Shown here: positions 40,301 through 49,815 of the stretch, in pieces
Layout: each line of letters opens with the position of its first letter
Position numbering within the stretch: position 1 is the stretch's first letter
Source of the DNA: Leptogorgia sarmentosa
Lineage: Eukaryota
DNA length: 64,000 nucleotides
Assembly (NCBI GenBank): GCA_964658305.1
Contig: OZ210885.1
Span: 8,928,001 to 8,992,000, forward strand
Direction of reading: 5' to 3'
Position numbers and translations under genes: made by a program
Notes under the pieces: generated by a model
The model's database searches: none
What the model saw: the letters and a program-made list of their open reading frames with translations, nothing else
Told to the model about the DNA's origin: nothing

Positions 40301-43300
40301 CGGCTCCTTCTGTGGACCAAAACAGCTCCAGTACATCTGAAGGTATATTTGTATCTTCTGGAAATATACCAAAATCTAGGAACTTTTCTTGTTCCGATTG
40401 TTCTAAGCGTTCAAAGCTAATATTAATGGCTGTAACGATGTTATCATAAGGATAATTGTCGGTGGCAACCATTGAATGAAGTTCTTCCAAATCAGTAGTA
40501 AATCCATCTAAAATATCTTGCCAAGCCTGTTCCGAACGATTGCCGTTTAAATTTGAACCAACAAGTGAGAGGGCCAGCGGCAGGCCTTTGCACTGTTTTA
40601 ATAGTTCTTCAATAATTTGCTGCATTTTTGGACTAAAGCTAGGCAGTTCATCTTGCTTAATCCCAGCACTTTGAAAAAAGAGCTCTCGAGATTTATCCTG
40701 TTCCATTATATCGAGTTCGTAGACAAAACCTCTTGAACCTCGGACAACATTGACATCTCTGGTAGTTATCAATAACTGACATTTTTCAGACAAGGTATCA
40801 AACACAGCAACGTCGTTAACATTCCAAACATCATCAAGAACTACAAGACATTCCTTATCGCTCTGCAATAGATAGAAAAATATTAGATGTAAGATACCGT
40901 ATGGTCTTTTTGCTGAGTGTCTTCACACTAGACAGCCTGGAAATGACTTCACCGCAGTGCGACTATACCCTTCAGCTTATTAAAACTTTAGAAAGTGTTT
41001 AAGGAACGCGCCACGTACATTATTAACTCCTATATGCAAATCCGATTAAAGATATATTAAATAGTGCTTTTAATTCAAGGGTTACACAGCGGAGCCAAGA
41101 ACCTCGAACAGCCAAGCGAAACAAGGATTGAATACAGGACGTGTCAAAAAAAAGTTTAGTGTAGGAAATATTCCCTAAACTAACGTGCGTTAACGAAATC
41201 TGTGAAAACGTTGAGTTAACCTATGCAGATTAACACCCTCTGGTACATCTCGCACTGAGTTTATTTAAATCTTTTTCCTTTCTTTTTCAGAGTAGGAAAT
41301 GTGTCGATGGAGAGCATTTTAAAAATAACTTGGGCACAAAAACTAAGTTCTTTTCACGAATTTTGAGTCAATCGACTCAAAATATGGAGCATGTTGTACA
41401 AGTTATTGAATTGTTGTGGAATTTGGTGCCCGCAGTGTTGTCACTGCGAGAACTGGATTTTGCGCTGCTTCCTGCGTATACCCATTAATTTAATGCATAA
41501 TTGGATATTCCATTAATTTTCAATGCAAATTCCAAGCTAATTCCCAAAGGTCTTATTTAAGCAAAGAAAATGCGGGAAATACAGTTTTCGGACATCGCGA
41601 GTTCGCCTCAGCGAGTGCGTAAGTTACAAACCTCACCAAATGTGGATAAGTTACTAACCCCTGGACGACCCAGCGGACTCCAAGACAAGTTACGGGTAAA
41701 GTAATACCATATTATTTAAACAACATGTACCTTTTATAATAATCTAAATAATATGGTAATGCTTTAACCTTAAGCCTATTTTCCACTACATTATTTCGCG
41801 AAAAAAATTGACAAGAATAATTGTGATGTTTTATATTCATTCGCCACTGAAGAAATTTGTTACACTTCTGTAGATGTTGAAAATGTTCACTGTTGGCGCG
41901 AAAGAACGAGGAATTACTGAGATTTGTCGGTGGCAAAATTATTCGCCAGCGGCGGTCAAATACGTGAGTGGAAAACGGGCTTTACGCGAGCTTGTCCAGA
42001 AAGAATAAAAATAAGGCTTGTTTGAAATTGGCTTTGAACCCAAAAAATTCGAATGCATACATACTGTGTTCTTTTTAATCCAGTCTTGTGCTTCACGGAT
42101 AACACTGAAAGGTTTTGCTCCACCAAGAACTTTTACTAAGATGTTAATCAGTGCTAAACAGTCAGGAGTTTCACCAACATCAAGCCATATCACTTGACGT
42201 GAAACTGAAACTTCCCATGCGACAGCCAGAGCTAAGATGGTCTTACCCAGACCCCCCATACCACGGATACCAACGACGTCACCGCTGCGACTTCCCACCA
42301 CACCAACTTTACTATTTCCCTCCGTAAGTAACTTCAATATCTCGTTCACTTCTGATGGTCTTCTCACCATGTCACGAGGTAGACTGCGTAAACCATACCA
42401 ATCTAAGATAGGAAATAAACGAGTTATGCTGGATGAGTACAACTGAACCTAAAAAATTTATAGTAAATGCATGGAGATTATTCATTCAAAAGATATCTCT
42501 TTACAAGTTTTTACCAGAACTGCAAAACAAAACGTTGTCATGTATTTAACATCGATTTTGGTAAAATATATCTTTCATGGTGATTAGTACAAGAAGTGTC
42601 CTAACTTTGGTTTTTCATTTCATGAACATGACTCATTCTAATACCTCAATGATGGAAATTAACCTCAAATACCTTTGATGGATGGAAATTGCTGAAAACA
42701 TAAGGGTACACTAGAACACATCGCATAGTACAATTGCGCTCTCTCTGTTCCATCAGTTCTCATAATTTGTATATTTGAGCTCTGAATTCGAGATCACATG
42801 ACAATAAAAATAAACGAATTCGGTATTTTGACATAAATGGAAAAATGAAACTTAAATATCTGACATTGTCATTTAAGCACTCTCGTTGCAGTTGAGCTGG
42901 GTTGGCTCTTCACCAGCTTTTTTATTTGGTTGATCACTGATACCGCAGTAATTAGGGAGTTATAGAAAGATTTTAGGAAATCTTCTTAGCTGTCAATTTC
43001 GGCATTTTGTTTATTTTTGTCCATCCAAAACTGGCGAATAGACCCAGTCCTCTGCTCGAATCGGAAATGGCTAATTATAATACCTTTATTTTCGGCAATC
43101 TCTAAATATTCATGTTTTTGTTCACTATGACACATCGCCCTGATTTTTTCCTCAAGGGCACCAAGTTTCTCTTCAACATTGCAGCGTAGTTCACGTAACT
43201 CTAGACCAATGTTCGACTCTATATTATCAAGCTTTGTTGTCACTCCGGTCATCTGCAGAGATATAAGATTCCTACAGTTACGCTCTGAAACGAATAGCAT

Positions 43301-45339
43301 AATAGCACAAATATCCTGCGCCATGATCGAAAGGCCAGCTAGTAAGCAATTATAGACGACAAATGGCCGCGCGGTAAGGCGAGATAAACGGAGCTTGTAA
43401 AAACAAAAATAGAAATTCATCAAACCTTCGTGTCTGTTTCAAGATGCCAACTTTCAATACATCTGCGAAGTTCTGACAAGCTTTCTTTAAATAATTTTGA
43501 GTATCGTCCGTCAACAAAAACGTTTGAAACTAGCAATAAAGAATGAATGTCAGCTAATGAAACAAATAGAGATTAGATTGGTCGAGATATGTATTATACG
43601 TCAGCAATTAAAGCAGCTGTGTCACGGTCTGCGCATCTGTTCTGCGCATAATATGTTAACCTCGTAAAATTTCAGAAACTGCCAGGAAATACTTTATGTG
43701 TCATGGTGCCGTCAGTGAACACAGAGATAATGTATATGAATTTATTTTATACTTTAAAACTTTTTGGATTGTTCAACTAATTGAAAACGTTGACAAAACT
43801 TAAATAAAAAGTTTGCGACACAGGTTTGTCAGTCATAGTCCAAAATGTTTCCGTCCGAAAACACGTTTTTGCACCCATGACCGATACAGACCAAGAATTC
43901 GAACAAGAAAAATCCATGCCTATAATCACTGAAGGAAAATGATGGACTATACCAAATGTTTCAAAAGTAAATAACTGAAAATTTGATGTGTCAAGTTTAT
44001 ACATTTTAATGTTTTATTTACACGTTTCTTATTAAAACACTTGCACTGTGATTTTAACAAGCAAAGCTAGCCAGAGCTTATAAATATATAAATTGAGAAC
44101 AAATCTATATAATAGCAATATTTTGAACCTTATAAATTCGGAAGATCAAAATGTCTTAAAAATCATGCTGGGAAAAGAAGTAACTAAGATCTTCAAGTAC
44201 CGATTTAGTTTTGTTTTTAAATGGCATGAACTGACTTTTAACGACCAAAAGCACATAATACTTAACAACAGTAAGAATACAGGAATAATGAATTATCTTT
44301 TGTGTGTTCCTCACTATTACTGTACGTACAACAGTTTTTTTTTTTGGGGGGGGGGGTTAATAAATACTTCATCATGTATTTCTTATCCTTAAAATGTTGG
44401 CGCCAGAAGAGGGCGTGTTACGAAATTTAATGATATTTTCATTCTTTCACTTATTTCATACAATTATTGTTATTGCGCATTGGTTTACATTCTCCGATTT
44501 TCAGTTTTTGACTTCAAAAGCAAATGAAGCAATTTCTCGTGTATTCGTAACAATTAGCATACAGTCATTAAACTTTAGCAAAATATAGCTAACAGTAAAC
44601 GCTAAAGAAAGACATTGCCAACACTGCTGTTGTGAACACAATCACAACTTATCAATCAGAAACACAATAAATGGTGACATTCCCAAGCGGGAAGCTGCAG
44701 CATCACACCTTCGAACGATACGATACAACTTGAATCATTACCTTTGTTTTTCCAATCCTCAAGATCATCACACACCTCTTTTTCAGCCGCAGTTGTTAAA
44801 TTGATATTTTTCACCAACCATTGCAGGTGTTGAATCGCGTCATTGAACAAAGCATTGGTCCATTTGGGAAAGTTACAATGGGCCCATTCGTTTCTCACGT
44901 TTGACCTTACATTCTTTGCGTACACTGAGGCACCAGATGTTATGAATGGATCTGCTTCACACATGATAGTCAGTAAAGCAGAAAGATCCATTGTATCGTC
45001 AAAACCTGTAAACTTTGCCATGAAGGGTTGAACGAACAGCTTTGCCAAAGACAGAGCATCTTTCACCGCGTAGTCATATGCACGGGGAGATTTATGCACA
45101 TCATTACCGTTGATGTTTTTATATTGTAAGGAAAAGGTTGATGGCGGAAGTGTTTTCTTATACTTTCCAGAAGTTTGTCTGTCAATTTCATCAGGTGGTT
45201 TACATAAGTCTTGATACCAGCTCTTCAATTCTGCATCGACAACTTTCCTCAAGGTGGGAGTGACAACTTTGGTAAGGCAAATACCAATCACAACCCATCT
45301 GGATTCTTCATCTGTTGTGTAACTGGCACTGGTTGCCAT
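10047..45339 (-). CDS. HEPN-domain / NB-ARC / WD40 STAND protein (Apaf-1-like architecture with N-terminal HEPN instead of CARD), 15 coding exons, about 1700 aa
   Basis: Manually joined exons 45339-44742, 43338-43084, 42402-42065, 40862-40226, 39956-39534, 37207-36962, 32784-32566, 28628-28419, 25674-25431, 24622-24390, 21870-21761, 18896-18488, 16080-15476, 12614-12365, 10372-10047. All junctions are GT-AG, phases are consistent, total 5103 nt ending in TGA. Motifs: RNEWAH, Walker A GMGGLGKT, Walker B LVVLDDVW, LLITTRD, CKGLPLAL, FGIFPED, VHDLL, many GH...W[DKN] WD40 repeats. Confidence 0.9.
10783..10970. repeat. Foldback/MITE-like inverted repeat
   Basis: Arms of about 80 bp, e.g. TTTATGCTTTTAATAGAAATTA...TAATTTCTATTAAAAGCATAAA. 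Confidence 0.65.
11176..11670. repeat. 103-bp tandem repeat built from TTTCACATGTGAAA palindromes
   Basis: Unit starts at 11184, 11287, 11390 and 11493, followed by shorter CACATGTG repeats. Confidence 0.85.
11714..11977. mobile_element. MITE with TIRs of about 47 bp
   Basis: CCGGGATTCAATGAAGCG...GAGGTATTGAAATGAGT and its inverse; partial copy near 42560-42650. Confidence 0.7.
12365..12614 (-). CDS. Coding exon 14: divergent beta-propeller segment
   Basis: gacag|ATT acceptor, TAG|gtaaat donor; phase fits both neighbours; VTKWNLN. Confidence 0.75.
12766..13564. mobile_element. hAT-like MITE hosting a nested MITE
   Basis: TIR CAGCGCCGGATTA / TAATCCGGCACAG; 8-bp TSD CCTTAATG / CCTTAAGG. Confidence 0.65.
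12996..13323. mobile_element. hAT-like MITE (nested)
   Basis: TIR CATA(A/G)GCGTACG; perfect 8-bp TSD ATGCTAAG. Confidence 0.8.
14473..14697. mobile_element. Hairpin element family B, partial reversed copy
   Basis: Reverse complement matches about 59850-60065. Confidence 0.75.
15476..16080 (-). CDS. Coding exon 13: WD40 repeats
   Basis: GHPDYSIVTAIDITSNGKFALSGS...FPAHKDAI...FASGSIGGSVKLWNV; GT-AG. Confidence 0.9.
17585..18050. mobile_element. Hairpin-ended element related to family A
   Basis: Palindrome at 17941-18044 containing CCAGTACGGACC; ends AATAACATATA like family A; ATTGG motif at the other end. Confidence 0.7.
18488..18896 (-). CDS. Coding exon 12: WD40 repeats
   Basis: VWNLSDG...VRFSSDGLQVIIGCKDNHVFIWDW...VISPDGKIV; GT-AG. 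Confidence 0.88.
21761..21870 (-). CDS. Coding exon 11: short WD40 exon (absent from the ORF track)
   Basis: GDLEWAKHVAVSADDRYVVSLSKDRNIFKASTKSSIK. It bridges phase 1 to phase 0 exactly; aatag|GT acceptor, AAG|gtatgg donor. Confidence 0.82.
23254..23717. mobile_element. hAT-like MITE
   Basis: Perfect TIR CATGGGCGTACGGGC; perfect 8-bp TSD GAGAGTCC. It sits between inverted repeats of about 85 bp at 22951-23036 and 23868-23953. Confidence 0.88.
24390..24622 (-). CDS. Coding exon 10: WD40 repeats
   Basis: LTASLDQSIRVWNL...DHSEDV...SKDGTFKVWNL; GT-AG. Confidence 0.9.
25431..25674 (-). CDS. Coding exon 9: WD40 repeats
   Basis: LVSGSDDGTIKIWDL...LKGHESDV...VRLWC...EGHTECI; GT-AG. Confidence 0.92.
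27553..28320. mobile_element. Hairpin-ended element family A, opposite orientation
   Basis: Reverse complement aligns along the whole length with 170-935. Confidence 0.8.
28419..28628 (-). CDS. Coding exon 8: WD40 repeats
   Basis: DETIKLWKADTLNFEASLVGHTDDVTCV; ttgtag|GG acceptor, G|gtatgc donor. Confidence 0.88.
28670..29180. mobile_element. Hairpin-ended element, family E
   Basis: Palindrome of about 190 bp at 28983-29172 with tip CTCGGCTACGCCTCG; arm motif GTGCATTATAACAGC repeated next to GATTGG at the other end; ATAAT at both borders. Confidence 0.75.
29262..30166. mobile_element. hAT-like MITE
   Basis: TIR CAGTGCTTCCATTT; perfect 8-bp TSD GTTGCTGG; subterminal TTTCCTTCAAA repeats. Confidence 0.88.
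32566..32784 (-). CDS. Coding exon 7: WD40 repeats
   Basis: LQGHSVRVTCLAVSQSGTILASGSVDRSTILWK; GT-AG. Confidence 0.9.
32910..33113. mobile_element. Short element with subterminal inverted repeat, (TGACTACA)n microsatellite and 3' palindrome (HINE/Helentron-like layout)
   Basis: TAGTGCAAAGTTTC ... TGACTACA repeats ... TGCAAAGTTTCTTTGAAACTTTGCACTA. Confidence 0.55.
34781..36658. mobile_element. Decayed Kolobok-like DNA transposon with a THAP remnant (minus) and a convergent KolX-like remnant (plus)
   Basis: TIR TGTTACTGCAACGA.TTTTTCGACC; TTAA on the left only. THAP-like 'CVAGGPNLVSCAND...MHLFPNE...RRNKCVKFV...AHF' at 36444 to about 36205. Broken acidic ORF 35105-35370 ending 'DGLLPATIEQRSDGRITLEQW|gtaag'. 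Confidence 0.6.
36962..37207 (-). CDS. Coding exon 6: end of helical domain and start of WD40 region
   Basis: G|RLLSY continues the QLLGRL motif; phase 1-1 GT-AG. Confidence 0.85.
39534..39956 (-). CDS. Coding exon 5: MHD-like motif and APAF-1-type helical domain
   Basis: YRVHDLLLDF, YYFKFLPYHI, LFFDLNWLQQKV, ICPQLLG; phase 1-1. Confidence 0.9.
40226..40862 (-). CDS. Coding exon 4: NB-ARC Walker B, GLPL and winged-helix part
   Basis: CLVVLDDVW, LLITTRD, CKGLPLALSLVG, FLDFGIFPED; ag/gt boundaries. Confidence 0.93.
42065..42402 (-). CDS. Coding exon 3: NB-ARC N-terminal part with P-loop
   Basis: VVGIRGMGGLGKTILA, VIWLDVG; ag/gt boundaries. Confidence 0.92.
43084..43338 (-). CDS. Coding exon 2: helical/coiled-coil linker
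   Basis: tag|CTGG acceptor, AAAG|gtatta donor, phase 1-1. Heptad-like 'LDNIESNIGLELRELRCNVEEKLGALEEKI'. Confidence 0.75.
44742..45339 (-). CDS. Coding exon 1: predicted HEPN (DZIP3/Swt1/DUF4559-like) RNase domain
   Basis: ATG in context ATCATGG, splice acceptor 11 nt upstream (45351-45352). Helical domain with 'DLSALLTIM...VRSNVRNEWAHC'; RxxxxH at 44895-44878. Donor AAAG|gtaatg. Confidence 0.85.
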
Positions 45340-46511
45340 GATTCAGGGATCTACAAATAAAATATACGTGAATTAAGCATACGCAATTTAAAAAGACTTT
45401 CATGCAATCAATGAATTTCATAACATTTTTATGCCCTTCATATTTTAATATGCAGTTAACATCAAAATACGTGGCACTAAGGGCCCATTTACACTACATA
45501 GTGGAAGTTCCATTAGCTAATATGCATAAGTGAATGAAAGCGTACGAATAGCCTCATTAACTGAGCGATAAACTCCCCTCCAGTCACATAAGCTCTGTTG
45601 TTGATTGGTGGAGACGACAAAATATGAATTTTCGTCAGACGTATGTGAATGACATGCTGTTCGAAAACAAACTTACTTGTGCAATGATATGCGTAAAACA
45701 GGCTTGCTGATTGCATGGTTGAGAACAGCATATTAGAATTTTCGTCCATTGATTATAAGTAATATATCATTCTATTGTCTATCGTAGAGACTGTACTGTA
45801 TATGCCGTACACACATGAGTATATATTAATTAATGTCAGATCGTCATCTGAAGAGTAGCTTTATAATAATTCATACATACAGATCTACAGTACAAGTCAA
45901 GGATCAGAATTAGCCTGCGGTACACGAGAGCTATCAGCTGAGCAAAAAGTTACTAGTGTCTGTTAGCTCAGCCGACAGTCGAAATATAGAATTGTCAAAC
46001 AATATACAGGACGGGAAAAAGTTGCATGGTACAATCATAGAAACTATTGAGCATACGATGCAGATCGAACATTCAAAATATTTTTCGCGGTATAGCAACG
46101 ACTGTTTTCTAGCTTGTCCATTCCTTCGCTTTCTTCGTTCATTGTGAAAAAAACATCATATTAACTGTGCACAGCAAATTCCTGTCGACTAAGTAATTAA
46201 CTGCACTCGTGACAAAAACAACTGAAGGAACAAACTGCATGATATACGTATGTATGTTACGTACATAGGACAGCGTCGAAAAAGTTTTCCAGGGCAGGAA
46301 CGTCGCCAGGGAGGGGACTGGGAGGGGGACGAGTCCCCCCAGTTATTTTATTTTTGTTCTAAATCTGTTCTAAATCTGAAGTTAAAGAGGGCGGGGGTTC
46401 GATTATTCAGAATACTATTTCATATCAGTATATAGAAACATTGCATATAATCGATCTGGTAAGACAGAGAGTTAGCTTTGTTATATACTCGAATGTGTGA
46501 CCAGTTATTAT

Positions 46512-47473
46512 TAAAACAATTATTGAATGAGGTCGAGTAGGATATGAGGAATTATTAAGGCCGAAGTTTCGGTGTTATTTGTCGAAGGCTGAGGCAAATA
46601 ACACAAACAGAGGCCTTAATAATTCAGCATATCCTACGAGAACCGCATTCAATAATTGTTTTATTATTTATTTGTATCTTTATCAGACTTCGGATAAACG
46701 CATTGTACACAAGAACCTTCTTTGAGAAAGCCATTTGTATTTTTCAGCTTTTGGCATACAGTAAGCAGCATAAATTAGTCGACGTCATAATGTCATATAA
46801 TTTTCAATATACGACATAATTACGTCATAATGTCGTATATTAAACAATTATTGAATGAGGCCGAGTAGGATTTGAGGAATTATTCAGGCCGAGGTTTGTG
46901 TTATCTGCCGAAGCCGAAGGCTGAGGCAGATAACACAAACCGAGGCCTGAATAATTCCCATATCCTACGAGGAGCGAATTCAATAATTGTTTTATTATTT
47001 ATTTGTATATAGCGCTTGCAAAAACACGCAATTGCAAGATACTGGAAATAGAACAATAATATAGTGTTCGCAAGACTGAATAAGCCAATCAGACTACAAG
47101 AGAAAATGTTCTTATCGCTGTTGTACATTTCAAGGTCGCAGTCAGAGCAATTCAGCATAGCTAAACAAAAATTAAATCAAACAAATTTATTTCAACTCAA
47201 TATAAACGTTTGGAAGAACCTTTCCTTTGAGGAAGCCATTTGTATTTTCCACAATTTTCCCGCTTTTGGCATATGCAGAATAAATTAGTCGACGTCATAA
47301 TGTCGTATAATTTTCAATATACGACATAATTACGTCATAATGTCGTAAATGAGGATTTATTGCACTGCTCTTAACCAATCAAAACTCTTGAATTATTTGA
47401 AATAAATAATAAGAGGATTTATTGCATTGCTCTTAACCAATCAAAACTCTTGAATTATTTGAAATAAATAATA
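46512..47473. mobile_element. Two nested or tandem copies of hairpin element family F
   Basis: Palindromes at about 46514-46661 and 46842-46992 (tip GCCGAAGCCGAAGGCTGAGGC); duplicated CCAAT-containing 3' ends at 47350-47473. Confidence 0.75.
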
Positions 47474-47837
47474 ATTAACATTAGTAGAATCCTACTCGTA
47501 TACTATTGCAAATGCTGTAATTTGATTGGCTACTCTACTCGATATCTATTTAACAATTAGATTACGAGCTCGAGATTTTTATGAGGTGATAGTTGATGAG
47601 GGCGAAGCCCGAATCAACTATCCTCTCGTAGAAATCGAGAGCGAGTAATCTAATTGTTTTAGTAGAATCAGAGATCAAACATGAAAATATTGCAAAAAAT
47701 AATTTTAAAACGCGTCTCAGAAGACATTTTCTTTAACGAAAATTAGCATGTTTTGCTACTCGCTATCTATCGAGGAATAGATAGCGAGTAGAGTAGCCAA
47801 TCAAATTGCAGCATTTGCAATAGTATACGAGTATGAT

Positions 47838-49144
47838 CAGTGCTCTCACTTCTAAGGATTTTTCCTCAGAAATAGGAATTTAGCAAAGTTTTAAGGATTT
47901 TTTTAAGGAATTCAATTTTTAAGGAATTTTCTAAGGAATTTTAATATTTCGAGAAAAGCCACTCTCTCCAGTAATTCTTTAGCTCAGTGAGAAAAGCCTT
48001 TGGTAAAATGCCCTGAGCTAAAGAATTACTAATTAATAATAAGGTAATTCTTTATCTTAGTGGTAAAATGCCTGTGAAACACATGTCACAGCAAACTAAA
48101 ATTTAAAAAATGGTGATTATAGTTAATTTACATAATTATAGTTTCTGATAAATTGCGCGAATGTGCGCTTCCGGTCCGGCTCAGGAGATGATAAGTCGCT
48201 CATCCTATCCCATTTTATCTTGTATATACTTTAGTAAGCTCAGGTACCTCACAAATTGTGTTTATTAACGATTTTGAAACTATTTGAGACTTTGAGTCTT
48301 GTTTTTAAAACAAGAGGCAAAAGAACGGGATTGCAGGGTACTTTGGGGGTAGTTGCAAGGATAAACAAGTCATTTAAGGAATTTTGGGAATATCTGAGGA
48401 ATTCCGGAGCTCACGTTAAGGAATTTTGAAAATTCGTTGTGAGAGCCAGTGCTCTCACTTTTAAGGAATTATCCTTAAAAATAGGAATTTTGAACGGTTT
48501 TAAGGATTTTTTTAAGGAATTAAGGTTTTTGAGGAATTTTTTAGGGAATTTCAAAAACATTTTGTCCTGGACTGAAACATTGGACGGAGGATAACCAAGC
48601 TCAGCAAATGAGATTTAAACTTAAAGTAGCAACATAGGCACATAATGATATATATTGGTTCTGTATGTACATATGATACATATTAGTTCGCAAGCTGTGG
48701 TTGTACTACATCTAAGACCTCTAGACTCTATTCTGAGTGTTAAGGCTTAGGTTAACACTCTGAAATGGCGTTTCCGGCGATCTAGAAGCTCTAAATTCTC
48801 AAAATTTTCTCGCTCGACGCCAACCATGGTGGCGTCTTGTGAGACTCAGCCCCCTAAATTCTCAAACCGTTCTTACGGCCCTGCGTCTGATTCTGAGTCA
48901 GACAGACATTTATAAACGATCAAAAATACATCATGTTGATGTGTTCTTTATGGATGTATGTTAACAATCAAGTGCTTTATTGCTTAAAAACAAGTTGAAA
49001 AACAGCAAAAAAGAAGAAAATTACACTTTTGCAACTATGTGACCAGGCTTGTAGTAATTTTACCAATTTAAGGAATTTTATGGAAATCTGAGGAATTTTC
49101 GAGTTTTTTCTAAGGAATTCGAAAATTTGATTGTGAGAGCACTG
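47838..49144. mobile_element. hAT-like MITE, composite of two related units, inserted into a family B hairpin element
   Basis: TIR CAGTGCTCTCAC; perfect 8-bp TSD AGTATGAT; internal junction GTGAGAGC-CAGTGCTCTCAC near 48440-48459; many AAGGAATT repeats. Confidence 0.85.
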
Positions 49145-49553
49145 AGTATGATTCTACTAATTGTTAAATAGATGCTTAGCAGCTTTTACGGTCTTTGTTG
49201 GAACAAAGAATTGGTTTTTATTTTGTCATGTGTCCTTTTGTTTTCATATTTTCATTTACAAGTATACAAACAGGCTAAACCCAAAAAAGGGCCTTTGCTC
49301 GAAACGTTGAATCTTATTGTATCTTTTAGGCAGTGAGTAGAACTTCTCCAGGTTGCTAATGTAGTTAATATTACATATATTTCATATATTTACTCAACAA
49401 GGCAATGCACCCTCTGTTCAGTGAGCAAACCAAAAAATCTGCCAACATTTTTAGCTGACCAGTCAAGCTAGCAGTGGCCCTGACACATTTTGCACTATTA
49501 TTTCATTCATTTTCAAACCAGATCATTTTACTCACAGTGCTACAACTTAATGG

Positions 49554-49815
49554 TAGTGGCGCCAGGAAGGGGGGCAAGGGGGGCCAGCCACCCCCCTCCC
49601 CCCCCAATATTTTTCTAGGTATAATTTTGATAGAGAAAAAAGACCAGTAGGAGATTATCAAGTTTTCCACGAGGTATAATTGTCTTCCATTTCAGATAAC
49701 CCATAATTTTTCATTGAGGGTATGTAGAAAAAATTCCCAGACCTTTTAGCAAGGCCAGACTTCACAAATTTTGTATTTGAACCCAAAATAAAATAAAATC
49801 GTGCTGGTGCCACTG
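49554..49815. mobile_element. hAT-like MITE (older)
   Basis: TIR (T/C)AGTGGC(G/A)CCAG; TSD CTTAATGG / CTTAATGT. Confidence 0.6.

Noticed and set aside
10047..45339. Assigning the gene symbol APAF1
   Set aside because: There is no CARD, and orthology cannot be shown without a phylogeny.
44742..45339. Bacterial contamination or recent horizontal transfer of a defence gene
   Set aside because: Spliceosomal introns throughout, eukaryotic tRNAs and animal-type transposons; no operon-like structure.
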